Source: Phycisphaeraceae bacterium (GTDB taxonomy: Bacteria > Planctomycetota > Phycisphaerae > Phycisphaerales > Zrk34). Taken from it: 64,000 nucleotides of DNA. Under the pieces are notes generated by a model. The model did no database searches. It was not told the origin of the DNA and worked only from the letters and a program-made list of their open reading frames with translations. Of the stretch, positions 8,847-17,925 are shown piece after piece. The position numbers and the translations under genes are program-made. The stretch is taken from positions 36,244 through 100,243 of the forward strand of contig JBBDRF010000062.1 of assembly GCA_040905565.1 (NCBI GenBank), read 5' to 3'. How positions within the stretch are numbered: the stretch's first letter is position 1; every line of letters begins with the position of its first letter.

Positions 8847-10866
8847 CGTGCTGACCTTCGTATTCGAGATTGGCGACGTTCAATTCGCTCCACAAGCCGG
8901 TCTCGTCGACTTGCAGCACGCCCATGTCGCGTTGGAGTGCCAACTCGGTGAGTCGGTAGGAGACCACCGCCTCTGTCAGCGAATTCTGTGCGCTGAGCAG
9001 GGCGGCCTGGGCTTCGAGCACGTCGCGCGTGTCGGCGCGGCCGTACTGCTGGAGCATGTTGGTCATGTCCACCCGCCGCTCTGCGAGGACGAGGGCGCGG
9101 CTTTGAATGGCGTACTCTTCACGGGCACGCTCGAGCTGACGCAGGTCCGAGCGGATGTCCAGCTTGATGCGATCCTCAAGCTCCTGAACATCGCGTACGG
9201 CTCGCTCGAGTTGAATGTAGGCGTTGCGGTAGACGTTACGTTCCGCGGTGCGTTCGAACGGCAGATCAAGCTCGAAGCCTGCGGAGTAGACGCCGCGATC
9301 GAAGCGGAAGGGGACGGTTTCGCCAGCTGTGCCGAGGCGGTAACGGCCGCTTCCGGCGCTGGCGTTGCCGACGAGGTTCAGCCCGGCCTGCAGCGCGTTG
9401 GCGGCGATGATGACACGGCGTTGCGCATCGTAAACTTCGCCTTCGCGGATGTGAAGATCCAGCCGACTGTCCAGCGCGAGCGGCACGGCAACGTCCTCGG
9501 GCAGTTCGTAGGGGCCGACGCCCTCTGGCGAAGGCGGAACCATGTCGACTGGCGCATCGGCGGGGATCAACGCGACTTCACGCTGCACGGTGATAGGCGG
9601 GGCGAGCTGTGATGCGTCGGGGCGGGGATCGAACCCGGCGGCGAGTTCGGCGACGGTGGGCAAATGTAGTTCGTCGATGGCGGTGATCGGCTCAGCCTGC
9701 TCGGGCTCGACGATATCGCCGAGCACATCCATGGCCGCTTCGGCGAGGCGGTCGAGCTCCTCACGATCGAGGGCGATGGCGGCATCGGTCGGCAGGCCCA
9801 GCGTGAGCTTGAACTGATCGAGCGCGTTCTCCTGCTGCTGAATCGCGGAAATCCACGAGGCGCGGGCCCGCAGCTCATCCTGCAACGCCTGGTCGAGCTG
9901 CACCTGCGAGAGCTCGCCCTCCTCGGCGAGGGCACGCTGACGGCGGGCGGTGACGATCAGCCGGCGGTAGTTCTCCGTCGCATTGCGCACCTGATCGGCA
10001 CGTTGCAATGTTTCGAGGTAACCGCTGGCTACCTGCACGGCGAACGACCGCTTGAACTCTTCAAAATCCCAGATGGCGTAGATGACGTTTCGCTCGGCCT
10101 GCGTGAGCGGTTCGGCGACGATGTGGCGGCCGGCGCCCCGCAGCAGGGGGATGCTGATCGAAGCGTCGGCGATCACGCCCAGCGACGCGCGGCCGTCGGA
10201 GGTGAGCAGCTTTGCCAAGTCCAGACCGAGCCGCCCGGTGAGCAGCGCGCCGTTCTGCAGGCGCCGGCGAACGTCCAGCGTCGCGGCGCCGTCGAGGCGG
10301 GTTTCGGTGATGCCCTCACGCTGATCGGAGGTGATCAGACCTTCGATGATCCCGAAATAGGTGGTGCGGAACTCATTGGCGGCGAGATCCAGATCGAGTG
10401 CCGCCCGGTAGATCGCTTCCTTACGACTTTGATACTCGCGGCTGTTGCGGGCTCCGACCTGCAGGGCCTCGATCAGCGACAGTTGCGGCGCCTGCTGCGG
10501 ATCCCACGGCGGGATGACCGGCTCCACGCCCGTGAGCCGAGCGGGATAGTCTTCCTCGGGCCAATGTTCGAGGAGCGGGAGCTGATCCGAGCCGAGCGAT
10601 TCGGGGCCGACAATCGGCAGCGCCTGCACGCCGATCAATCGCCTTCGCAGCGTCTCGGCGGGTGTTTCGATGGTGAACGGCTCGGTGCGCCCGATCGCCT
10701 CCTGCTGCCCGCGCTCGATGATGCCGTACGCAACCTCGTCGGCTTCCTCACGATATTGCGCGGGCTGACAGCCGGCCACGCCCAGACCGACGACCGAAAC
10801 CACGCCCGCTGTTGCCAGCCAGGCGTTTGGACCAGACCATCGCGACTCTCGTTCTCTCTGCGGCAT
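8821..10866 (-). CDS. TolC-family outer membrane efflux lipoprotein
   Basis: Lipobox GVAGC, SISIPLLRG and DVLEAQAALLSAQNSL. First gene of the exporter operon; start codon uncertain. Confidence 0.85.
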   Translation of the reverse strand: MPQRERESRWSGPNAWLATAGVVSVVGLGVAGCQPAQYREEADEVAYGIIERGQQEAIGRTEPFTIETPAETLRRRLIGVQALPIVGPESLGSDQLPLLEHWPEEDYPARLTGVEPVIPPWDPQQAPQLSLIEALQVGARNSREYQSRKEAIYRAALDLDLAANEFRTTYFGIIEGLITSDQREGITETRLDGAATLDVRRRLQNGALLTGRLGLDLAKLLTSDGRASLGVIADASISIPLLRGAGRHIVAEPLTQAERNVIYAIWDFEEFKRSFAVQVASGYLETLQRADQVRNATENYRRLIVTARRQRALAEEGELSQVQLDQALQDELRARASWISAIQQQENALDQFKLTLGLPTDAAIALDREELDRLAEAAMDVLGDIVEPEQAEPITAIDELHLPTVAELAAGFDPRPDASQLAPPITVQREVALIPADAPVDMVPPSPEGVGPYELPEDVAVPLALDSRLDLHIREGEVYDAQRRVIIAANALQAGLNLVGNASAGSGRYRLGTAGETVPFRFDRGVYSAGFELDLPFERTAERNVYRNAYIQLERAVRDVQELEDRIKLDIRSDLRQLERAREEYAIQSRALVLAERRVDMTNMLQQYGRADTRDVLEAQAALLSAQNSLTEAVVSYRLTELALQRDMGVLQVDETGLWSELNVANLEYEGQHDDNEGENE

Positions 10867-10995
10867 GCACGCTCTCAGCACGAAGTAACGGTCACTCACG
10901 GAGGTTAATGCAGCGGCATCTTACCAGCTTCGCAAAGCTCCGTTGAATAGGAACGTCTGAGCGGCCCTTTTATTGCAGGGAGGTTTTTTTCGGTC

Positions 10996-12252
10996 TCAAT
11001 GCTCGAGCAGCACGGCGGCGTGGCGGAGGCGGAGGCGGTCCATCACGGGGCCGTTGGCAGCCTCTTCAAGCTCGAGGATCAGTCGGTCGCCGCTGAGCGC
11101 GACGTTGATGAGCACGCCCGGCTGGTCCCGGTTGAGGTGGGCTTGAAACTGCTCGCCTTCGGCGTCGCGCACCACCAGTTTCAGGTCCGCCCAGGCGAGC
11201 GCGTCGTCTTCCAGCGAGGCCCGTGCGGTGAAACGCTGAGCACCGCTGGGCAGGTCGATGGCGACGACGACGGGGGCGTGCAGGCTGGCGAAGCTGCGTT
11301 CGAAGGTCGGCCCGATCTCGACACCGAACACCGTGCCGCCGGCGACGACGCGGTGATCCAGTTCAGCCAGGCTCACGAGCCGATGTCGCTGGGCGAACTC
11401 GACAGAGGCGACCTGACCGGCGGGCAGTTGCAACGCCTGCGAACTGAGGATCTGACCGGTGACCTCGTCGGAGTTGATGGCCAGTTCGGTGACCCGGATG
11501 CGGGCGCCATCGCGTAGCGTGACCCAATTGCCTGGCTGCTGTGTGAGGGGGTTCGCCAGCGCGACGGCGGCGACCCGCTCCCACGCCAGCGGCAGCGTCT
11601 GCCCGCCGACATCCAGCGTGATTGCACCCGTTTCGACGGATTCGATGAAGCCGGTCAGCACGTCGCCGTTGCGAAGCACCACGCGGTCGTCGGCACCGGT
11701 TGCGATCAGGGTGAGCGGATCGATCAACGGCTCGGCGGGCTCGGGCTGCTGCGCCGGCTCGGTGGTCGCTTCGGGCGCGGTTTCGGGCTCGGCTTCGGTA
11801 TCTTCGTGGGCGGGTTCGCCGAGCGTCATGACCAGGACGTCGTCGAGGTCGATGGTGAGTTCGCCGAGTTCCGCGTGCCGCCAGGTGATGCGGTCGTCGG
11901 CGGCGTGCACAAACTGCCCGGGCAGATCGTGACCGTCGCTCAGCAGCAGCCGACCTGTCGAGGCGCTTCGCACTGGTTCACTGGCGAAGGTGAGCGACAC
12001 GTGGGAGGCGATCTCGGCGCTGGTGAGCCGACGGTCCTCGTCGAAGTAGCTGAGGCGGCCGTCGCGCAGGCTCACGAACTGGATCGGCAGCGGGTTCAGC
12101 TCGGCGTCGGTCAGCTGGGCCGGCTCCATCGCGCCCGCGCCGCCGGCTATGACGAAAATGGCGACGGTAAGGGTCAGCAGGGATCGCCACCAGCTGCGGG
12201 CGTGGGGGGCGGGGCTTGCGATTTCGCGGTGCACGGCTGCTTGCGTGACCAT
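10996..12252 (-). CDS. Hypothetical exported protein (repeated short beta modules, C-terminal beta-sandwich)
   Basis: N-terminal signal/TM and repeated LxDG/LRNGDVLTG modules. Last gene of the vWA operon. Confidence 0.6.
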   Translation of the reverse strand: MVTQAAVHREIASPAPHARSWWRSLLTLTVAIFVIAGGAGAMEPAQLTDAELNPLPIQFVSLRDGRLSYFDEDRRLTSAEIASHVSLTFASEPVRSASTGRLLLSDGHDLPGQFVHAADDRITWRHAELGELTIDLDDVLVMTLGEPAHEDTEAEPETAPEATTEPAQQPEPAEPLIDPLTLIATGADDRVVLRNGDVLTGFIESVETGAITLDVGGQTLPLAWERVAAVALANPLTQQPGNWVTLRDGARIRVTELAINSDEVTGQILSSQALQLPAGQVASVEFAQRHRLVSLAELDHRVVAGGTVFGVEIGPTFERSFASLHAPVVVAIDLPSGAQRFTARASLEDDALAWADLKLVVRDAEGEQFQAHLNRDQPGVLINVALSGDRLILELEEAANGPVMDRLRLRHAAVLLEH

Positions 12253-12309
12253 GTGAAAGTTCCTTTCACCTCTGCCGCGTCGGCGGAGAGGGGGTCGAAC
12301 CGTTCGTGG

Positions 12310-13392
12310 TTACTTTTGCAGGATGGGCAGATAGCGGTTGGGCATCTGCAGGATGATCAGTGCCATGGAGGTTCCGTACGATTTGCCGGCCTGGCCGTCC
12401 CAGCTGCCGTCCGCGGACTGCCGTTCGAGCAGTTCTTCGCGGATGGCGGGGAACCATTGCTGCCAGAATCGGCCGCCGGCCATGTACATCGCCTGAACGG
12501 CATAGTAATGGCCGTAGAAATAGTGCGGCGTGTTCCGCCCTTCGCCGGGCATGTGCTGCATGATGTATTCGAGGCCGCGGTCGATGGCGTCGTCGCTGTA
12601 GATGCCGGCGTAGTAGAGCGTGGCGACGCCCGCTGCGGAGCGTGGGAATGCGGAGTTGCCGCTGCTGAGCATGTAGCGGAACCCGCCGTCGGCGTTCTGG
12701 CATCGGCGTGTGTATTCGACGGCCTTGTCGATGGTCTCGCGCGGCACGCGGATGCCGGCGTTGCGCGCGGCGCGCAGGCCCATGATCTGGCAGATGGTGA
12801 CGGAGATGTCTGCTTCACGCGGCACGGGCTGATAGCGCCAGCCGCCCTCGTGGTTCTGCGAGCCGACGATCAGCCGGACGGCTTTGACGAGGGCTTCGCG
12901 CGTGCGGCGATCGTGCGTCATGCCGTAGATCTCGCCGAGGAAAAGCGTGGCGAAGCCGTGGCCGTACATGGGGCCGTGGGAGGTATCGGCGGCGACGAGG
13001 CCGTTTTCGTGGACGCTGTCGAGGACGAAGTCCAGGGCACGCGTCACCTGCGTGCCGTAGCGGCCGCGGCCGGGAACGTCGCCGTTGCTCATGAACGCCA
13101 GGCCCGCGAGGGCGCTGGTCCCCACGTGACGCCCATAGCGATCGGCGCCGAAGCTGCCGTCGGGTTGCTGTTGCTGAGCGAGGTAGGCGAGGCCCTTGCT
13201 GACGGATTCCTGCAATGCCGGCGTGATCTCGGCGAAGTCGCCTTGCGGTGCCGCACCTGGCGCTTCTGCGGGCGCGGCCAGGGCGGAACGACCGATCATG
13301 CCTGCGAACGGGACACTGCTCAACGCGGCCAGCATGGCGCGGCGGCTGAGCGGTGCGTGAGGCTGGTGCTGCTGCGGGCTTGAATCGTTCAT
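12310..13392 (-). CDS. Prenyltransferase/squalene-cyclase repeat protein, probable Tat substrate
   Basis: SRRAMLAAL twin-arginine leader and QW-type repeats QQPDGSF, QNHEGGW, QNADGGF, QSADGSW. Confidence 0.88.
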   Translation of the reverse strand: MNDSSPQQHQPHAPLSRRAMLAALSSVPFAGMIGRSALAAPAEAPGAAPQGDFAEITPALQESVSKGLAYLAQQQQPDGSFGADRYGRHVGTSALAGLAFMSNGDVPGRGRYGTQVTRALDFVLDSVHENGLVAADTSHGPMYGHGFATLFLGEIYGMTHDRRTREALVKAVRLIVGSQNHEGGWRYQPVPREADISVTICQIMGLRAARNAGIRVPRETIDKAVEYTRRCQNADGGFRYMLSSGNSAFPRSAAGVATLYYAGIYSDDAIDRGLEYIMQHMPGEGRNTPHYFYGHYYAVQAMYMAGGRFWQQWFPAIREELLERQSADGSWDGQAGKSYGTSMALIILQMPNRYLPILQK

Positions 13393-14114
13393 TCCTGCTG
13401 CTCCGCGAGGCGTTCGTAGTAGCGTTCGGTCAACTGCCGGTACAGCTGTGAGAAGCTGTCTTCCATGCCCTGCATCAGTTCATCGCGCAGCCGAGGCGGC
13501 AGATCGCCCCACTCGCTGACACGATCCTCGAGCAGTTCCTCTTCCATTTCCGATTGCTCGACCGAGCCTCGGTTGGCCTGCTCGCCGCCGGGCTCCTGCC
13601 CTTCACCGGGCTGCTGGCCGGCCTGGCCTTGCTGCTGAGGTTGATTTTGTGCGCTGCCGGTGTCCGCATCCTGGGGCGAGCCGCCGCTCTGGCTTTCGCT
13701 CTGCTGTTGCTGGGCCATGGAGATCGCCTGCTCAAGGCGAACGATCGCCCGCTGCTGGACACGCTGTGTTTCGATGCTTGCGTCGCGCCCGGTCGAGAGG
13801 CGTTCGGCTGCGTTCTTCATGTCCGCCACGGCCAGCTGGAAGACGTCGCCCTCTTCGCTGGTCGGCAGGGCGAGGTCGTCCAGATCCACTTCAACCTGCA
13901 CGTCCGGCTCGGCTTCGTCGGCCTCAGCATCGCCTTCGGCTTCTTCGGCGTTGCCGTTCTCGGTCGCCGATTCTTCCTCGAGGCCGAGCAGATCGTCCAG
14001 CGAATCATCCGCACGGGCCGTCGACGGTACCAGCGCGAACAGCATGATCAGCGCGCTCGCAGCGAGGCATGGGAACAGCGGTGACGTAGGCGTGGCTTGT
14101 TTCCAGTGGTTCAT
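13389..14114 (-). CDS. Hypothetical exported acidic/Gln-rich protein
   Basis: Signal peptide and C-terminal WGDLPPRLRDEL...YRQLTERYYERL. Translationally coupled within the operon. Confidence 0.7.
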   Translation of the reverse strand: MNHWKQATPTSPLFPCLAASALIMLFALVPSTARADDSLDDLLGLEEESATENGNAEEAEGDAEADEAEPDVQVEVDLDDLALPTSEEGDVFQLAVADMKNAAERLSTGRDASIETQRVQQRAIVRLEQAISMAQQQQSESQSGGSPQDADTGSAQNQPQQQGQAGQQPGEGQEPGGEQANRGSVEQSEMEEELLEDRVSEWGDLPPRLRDELMQGMEDSFSQLYRQLTERYYERLAEQQE

Positions 14115-17100
14115 GATGATGACTCCTCGCCTGCATCGTCGGCGTCGGCTTCGTCTTCGTCAGCTTCCTGCTGCTGGTCGAACAGACGCTGAATTTCCGG
14201 ATCGACCCCGGGGAGGTTGTTGTCCGGTTGCTCTGGTTCGGGCTGTGGGGCAGGGGCCTCGTCCGGGTCGGCTTGCATCTGCTGCTGAAGCTGTTGGATC
14301 AGCTGCGCGCCGGTTTCCGAGAGCGACACCTGCTGCAGTGAAAGCTCTTCGACCATGTCGGCGTCTTCGATGCCTGAATCGTCGAGTCGACGCGTGAGTT
14401 CGTGGACGAGCACCTGGCGGGTTCGCAGGAGGCGCAGCTCCGCGATGTCGGGAATGAGTTCGGGTTCACCGCCTTGCCCTCCGCCGCCGCCGCCTTCGCC
14501 GCCCTGCTCGCCCTCGGCGAATTCATCGGGTTCGTCGATGGCTTCGAGCGATTCGATGAGCGCTTCGATCGTGCTGATGACCATGTCCTGGTTAAAGACG
14601 GTGCGCACGCTGGGATCGCCCTCGCGTAGCGAACCCGCAGCGGAGGCGGCCCAGCGATCCATCTGGTCGTGCATGGAGCGGTAAACGATGGTTTCGCTGA
14701 GTTTTTCCTGAAGCTCGGCGAGTGCATCGCGGACGGCGGCCTGCTCGTCGCCACGGTCGCGCGCGTCGGCGCGCCAGCGGCGGTTGCGGGCGTCGGCCTC
14801 GGCCTCGGTGAGGGTGTGCGTCTGACCGCGCAAAGCTTCCTGCTGAGCGAGGGCGGCACGGTAAGCCCGCACCAGTTCCTCACGCTCCTGCTGCGACATT
14901 TCATCCTGCGCCTGCTGCGACGCTTCCTCGGCGAGAGCGAGCGCTTCGTTGAGTTTTCGCAGCGCGTTCCGCTCGGCCTGCTCGGTGGTGGCGCGGTTGG
15001 GATCGTCCGCTCGCAATGCCCGCACGGCGTCGGCCATGTGGTCGCCAGCCTGCTCAAGCGCCGCGGCGACGGAGATGGTTTCTTCGCCGGCCTGCCTGGC
15101 GTCGTCGGCAACGGCGATGGTGTTCCGCCGCAACTGAAGCATCGCTTCATCAAGCCCGGCAAGCTCGTCGACGTCTGCGAGGCGGTCCAGCTGGGCAGCT
15201 TGCTGATCACGCAGTTCGCGGATCGCTTCGACGAGTTCCATCAGCTGGCGCGTGAGGATCTCCTGCCGCAGTTCGTCGACGCGGCCGAGCTGTTCCTGCA
15301 TCTCACGCAGCACCTCACGGGCCTCTTCCTGGCTCTGCTGAGCTTGGGAAAGACGGTTCTCGTCGACCTCCTCGGCAGCGTCCTCCATTTGCTCCTGAAG
15401 CGCCTGTTCGTCGGCCGTGGCGGCCGCTTCACGCAGGGCCTCGGCGACGGCCTGCTCCTCGGGCCGTTCGGCATTGCGGGAGAGTGCCGCCGCGGTGGAT
15501 CGCATCCGCTCGACCAGCTCCTCGGCTTCCTCGGAAAGCTCCTGCTGGCGTTCGCCTGCTTCCATCAGCGCTTCAAGGTCGGCTTCGGCGAGGTCCTCGA
15601 GGGATTGACCGAGCGTGCGCGGCAGCAGCTCCCGCACGTCGTCGTGCAGGAATTCCTGCTCACGCTGGAGGCGCGTCAGCTGCTCCTGAATCTCGTAAGC
15701 GTCACGCCCCTGATCCAGCAACTGCACGAGTCGATCAAGCTCCGTTGCCACGGCTTCCTGCGCTTCGCGGCCCTGCTGCAGTTGTTCCTGCGTTTGCGGA
15801 TCGTCCTGCTCGCCGCCTGCCGCTCGGGCAAGGTTGTCGGCGGCTTCGTCGGCCCGGTCGCGTGCTGCCTCGACGAGCTGCTGCGACTGCTCAAGTGTCT
15901 GCGTCATCGATTCGGAATCCAGCCGATTTTTCTCGATACGATCTTCGAGCCCTTCGATGGTTCGGCTGACAGATTCAAGGCGTTCGGCCATCTCCTGCTG
16001 CTGCGAAGCCGTGCGGCGGTCGGCGTCGGCTTCGCGCAGTTCCTGCTGCGTTCGCCGGGCGCGAATGGCGCGCTGTCGCACGTCGGCCAGTTCGGCCTGA
16101 AGCTGCCGACGTAGCTCGTTTTCGCTGATGATGCGGAGCCATCGCACGGCGGATTCAACGGCCTCGTGCTGCTGACCATTAAGCTCGTAATTATCCTGCG
16201 CTACGGCGACGAGCGCGACCTCATCGCCTTCGACAAGTTCCATCTCCGCGAGGTCGAGTTCGGCTTCGAGCGTGGTGCGCGGCTGGGGCTGATCGGTGTG
16301 CGCCAGACGGGTCGGGTCGCCTTCCTGGCCGACGGACGCGCGAAGGTTCATCGAAGCGACAGCGACATCGTCGTAAGCCTCGGCGGCGAGCGAGACGCGT
16401 GCGGTGGGGAGCACCTGCTGATCGGAGCCGGGCGTGAGGATGGAAGCGTTCGGCTGACGATCTTCGCGGGCTTCGAAGCGGAACAGGCGTTGGTCTTCGT
16501 AGCGGGAGCCGTAGGCGTCGGCGAGGTTGAAAGTGAAGGCGTGCGTCTGGTGAAGGTCCCACGCGACGCGCAGCCGGGTGTCGCCCTGATCAGCTTGGAG
16601 CAGGCGGTAGGTGATGTTCATGGCCTCGGCGTCGGTGGCTTCGCCGATGAGGCCTGGAAGCGTTTGGCGGACCCATTGGGTGGTACGCTCGGGGGAGTCG
16701 TCGTCGGCGGCGGGGGCGAAGGAGCCGGTGATCCGCATCTCCAGTTCAATCCGCGAGCCTGCCAATGCCTCGACCGTGACGGAGGGGCGCGGGGGCGTGA
16801 GCAGATACTGCTGCTGGGGATCGATGAAGTCGGCGGCGTAGGCGGGCGGCTGAACGGTGGCCGTGAGCTCGGTGAGCGTCGGCGGCTGGATCAGCTCCAT
16901 GACCTGAACGTCGGTGCGATCGTCGCCGGCTTCGAAGTAGAAGGCGATGGCGCGGGCGCCGCTGGCGAGTTCGACAAGGCGTTCGTATTCGCCGGCCGCC
17001 CGGTCGCCTTGATCCTGTCGCGTCATCAAGGCGCGTTGCCAGCGGCCGGCGCGCGGGCGATCGTCCGCGCTTGCGAGAAACTGGAAGCCCGCCCAGGTTC

Positions 17101-17800
17101 GCAGGTCCGGTCGATCGCCCTGGGTAACCTCCGCAAGCAGACGCAGGGGGACGTCGTTCGGCGCGACCTGCTGATCGGTGAGACTTTGCACGGCATAGCG
17201 ATTGGGCCAGGCGGCGTCGCCGAGCGGCTGAAACCAGCGCTGGGCGGCGATCGAAGCGGAGGCGGGGGCGGCGACGGCGATGCCTGCCGTCAGCGTGAGC
17301 ACCAGCGCGAGGATGATGATCTGTCGCCAAGTGCGGCTGGCGTCGAGCAGTCGACGAATCTCCTCGCGTTCCAGGATGCCCTCGGCGTTGCGGGTGGTTT
17401 GATCGCTCAACTGCCTGGCACGATCGGAGTCGCCCGTGGCGGCGGGGCGGGGCGGGGCCTCACCTGCGGGGCTGGTTTCGGTGCTGAAGGCGACGGCACT
17501 GGCGAGGCGGCCGGCCGTGGCGGGGTACAGCCGCTCGAGGCGCTGCGCGAGCGTGGTGAGGCCGACGTCCACGCGGAGCGACCGGCCGATGCGCACGAAG
17601 GCCCAGGCGACGGCGACGGTAACCACGGCGAGGCCGATGAAAAGGCGAAGCCAGCCGGGCAGCCGGAGGGCGAAGTCGGCGACGCCGAGGAAAACGGCGG
17701 TGCCCACGAGGGCGCTGAGCCAGGTGGCGACGCGCATCGAGATGAGCATGAACCGCGCTCGTGAGCGGACCGTCTCGAGTTGGTCAATGAGTCGTTGCAC
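14111..17800 (-). CDS. Large membrane-anchored coiled-coil protein (DUF4175-like)
   Basis: 1229 aa: three N-terminal TM helices, Ig-like middle (AYDDVAV, AQDNY) and a long Glu/Gln-rich helical tail. Confidence 0.7.
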   Translation of the reverse strand: MQRLIDQLETVRSRARFMLISMRVATWLSALVGTAVFLGVADFALRLPGWLRLFIGLAVVTVAVAWAFVRIGRSLRVDVGLTTLAQRLERLYPATAGRLASAVAFSTETSPAGEAPPRPAATGDSDRARQLSDQTTRNAEGILEREEIRRLLDASRTWRQIIILALVLTLTAGIAVAAPASASIAAQRWFQPLGDAAWPNRYAVQSLTDQQVAPNDVPLRLLAEVTQGDRPDLRTWAGFQFLASADDRPRAGRWQRALMTRQDQGDRAAGEYERLVELASGARAIAFYFEAGDDRTDVQVMELIQPPTLTELTATVQPPAYAADFIDPQQQYLLTPPRPSVTVEALAGSRIELEMRITGSFAPAADDDSPERTTQWVRQTLPGLIGEATDAEAMNITYRLLQADQGDTRLRVAWDLHQTHAFTFNLADAYGSRYEDQRLFRFEAREDRQPNASILTPGSDQQVLPTARVSLAAEAYDDVAVASMNLRASVGQEGDPTRLAHTDQPQPRTTLEAELDLAEMELVEGDEVALVAVAQDNYELNGQQHEAVESAVRWLRIISENELRRQLQAELADVRQRAIRARRTQQELREADADRRTASQQQEMAERLESVSRTIEGLEDRIEKNRLDSESMTQTLEQSQQLVEAARDRADEAADNLARAAGGEQDDPQTQEQLQQGREAQEAVATELDRLVQLLDQGRDAYEIQEQLTRLQREQEFLHDDVRELLPRTLGQSLEDLAEADLEALMEAGERQQELSEEAEELVERMRSTAAALSRNAERPEEQAVAEALREAAATADEQALQEQMEDAAEEVDENRLSQAQQSQEEAREVLREMQEQLGRVDELRQEILTRQLMELVEAIRELRDQQAAQLDRLADVDELAGLDEAMLQLRRNTIAVADDARQAGEETISVAAALEQAGDHMADAVRALRADDPNRATTEQAERNALRKLNEALALAEEASQQAQDEMSQQEREELVRAYRAALAQQEALRGQTHTLTEAEADARNRRWRADARDRGDEQAAVRDALAELQEKLSETIVYRSMHDQMDRWAASAAGSLREGDPSVRTVFNQDMVISTIEALIESLEAIDEPDEFAEGEQGGEGGGGGGQGGEPELIPDIAELRLLRTRQVLVHELTRRLDDSGIEDADMVEELSLQQVSLSETGAQLIQQLQQQMQADPDEAPAPQPEPEQPDNNLPGVDPEIQRLFDQQQEADEDEADADDAGEESSS

Positions 17801-17925
17801 CAGCTATATCTCCCAAGACCATTCTAGCGCCCTTGTCGTCTGACACACGCTGCTTTCGTGGCTTATCGCGGCGGTGTTTCCGGGGCAATGCCCCAGCCGC
17901 CGATGGGTTGTCTGCCCTACCTGTC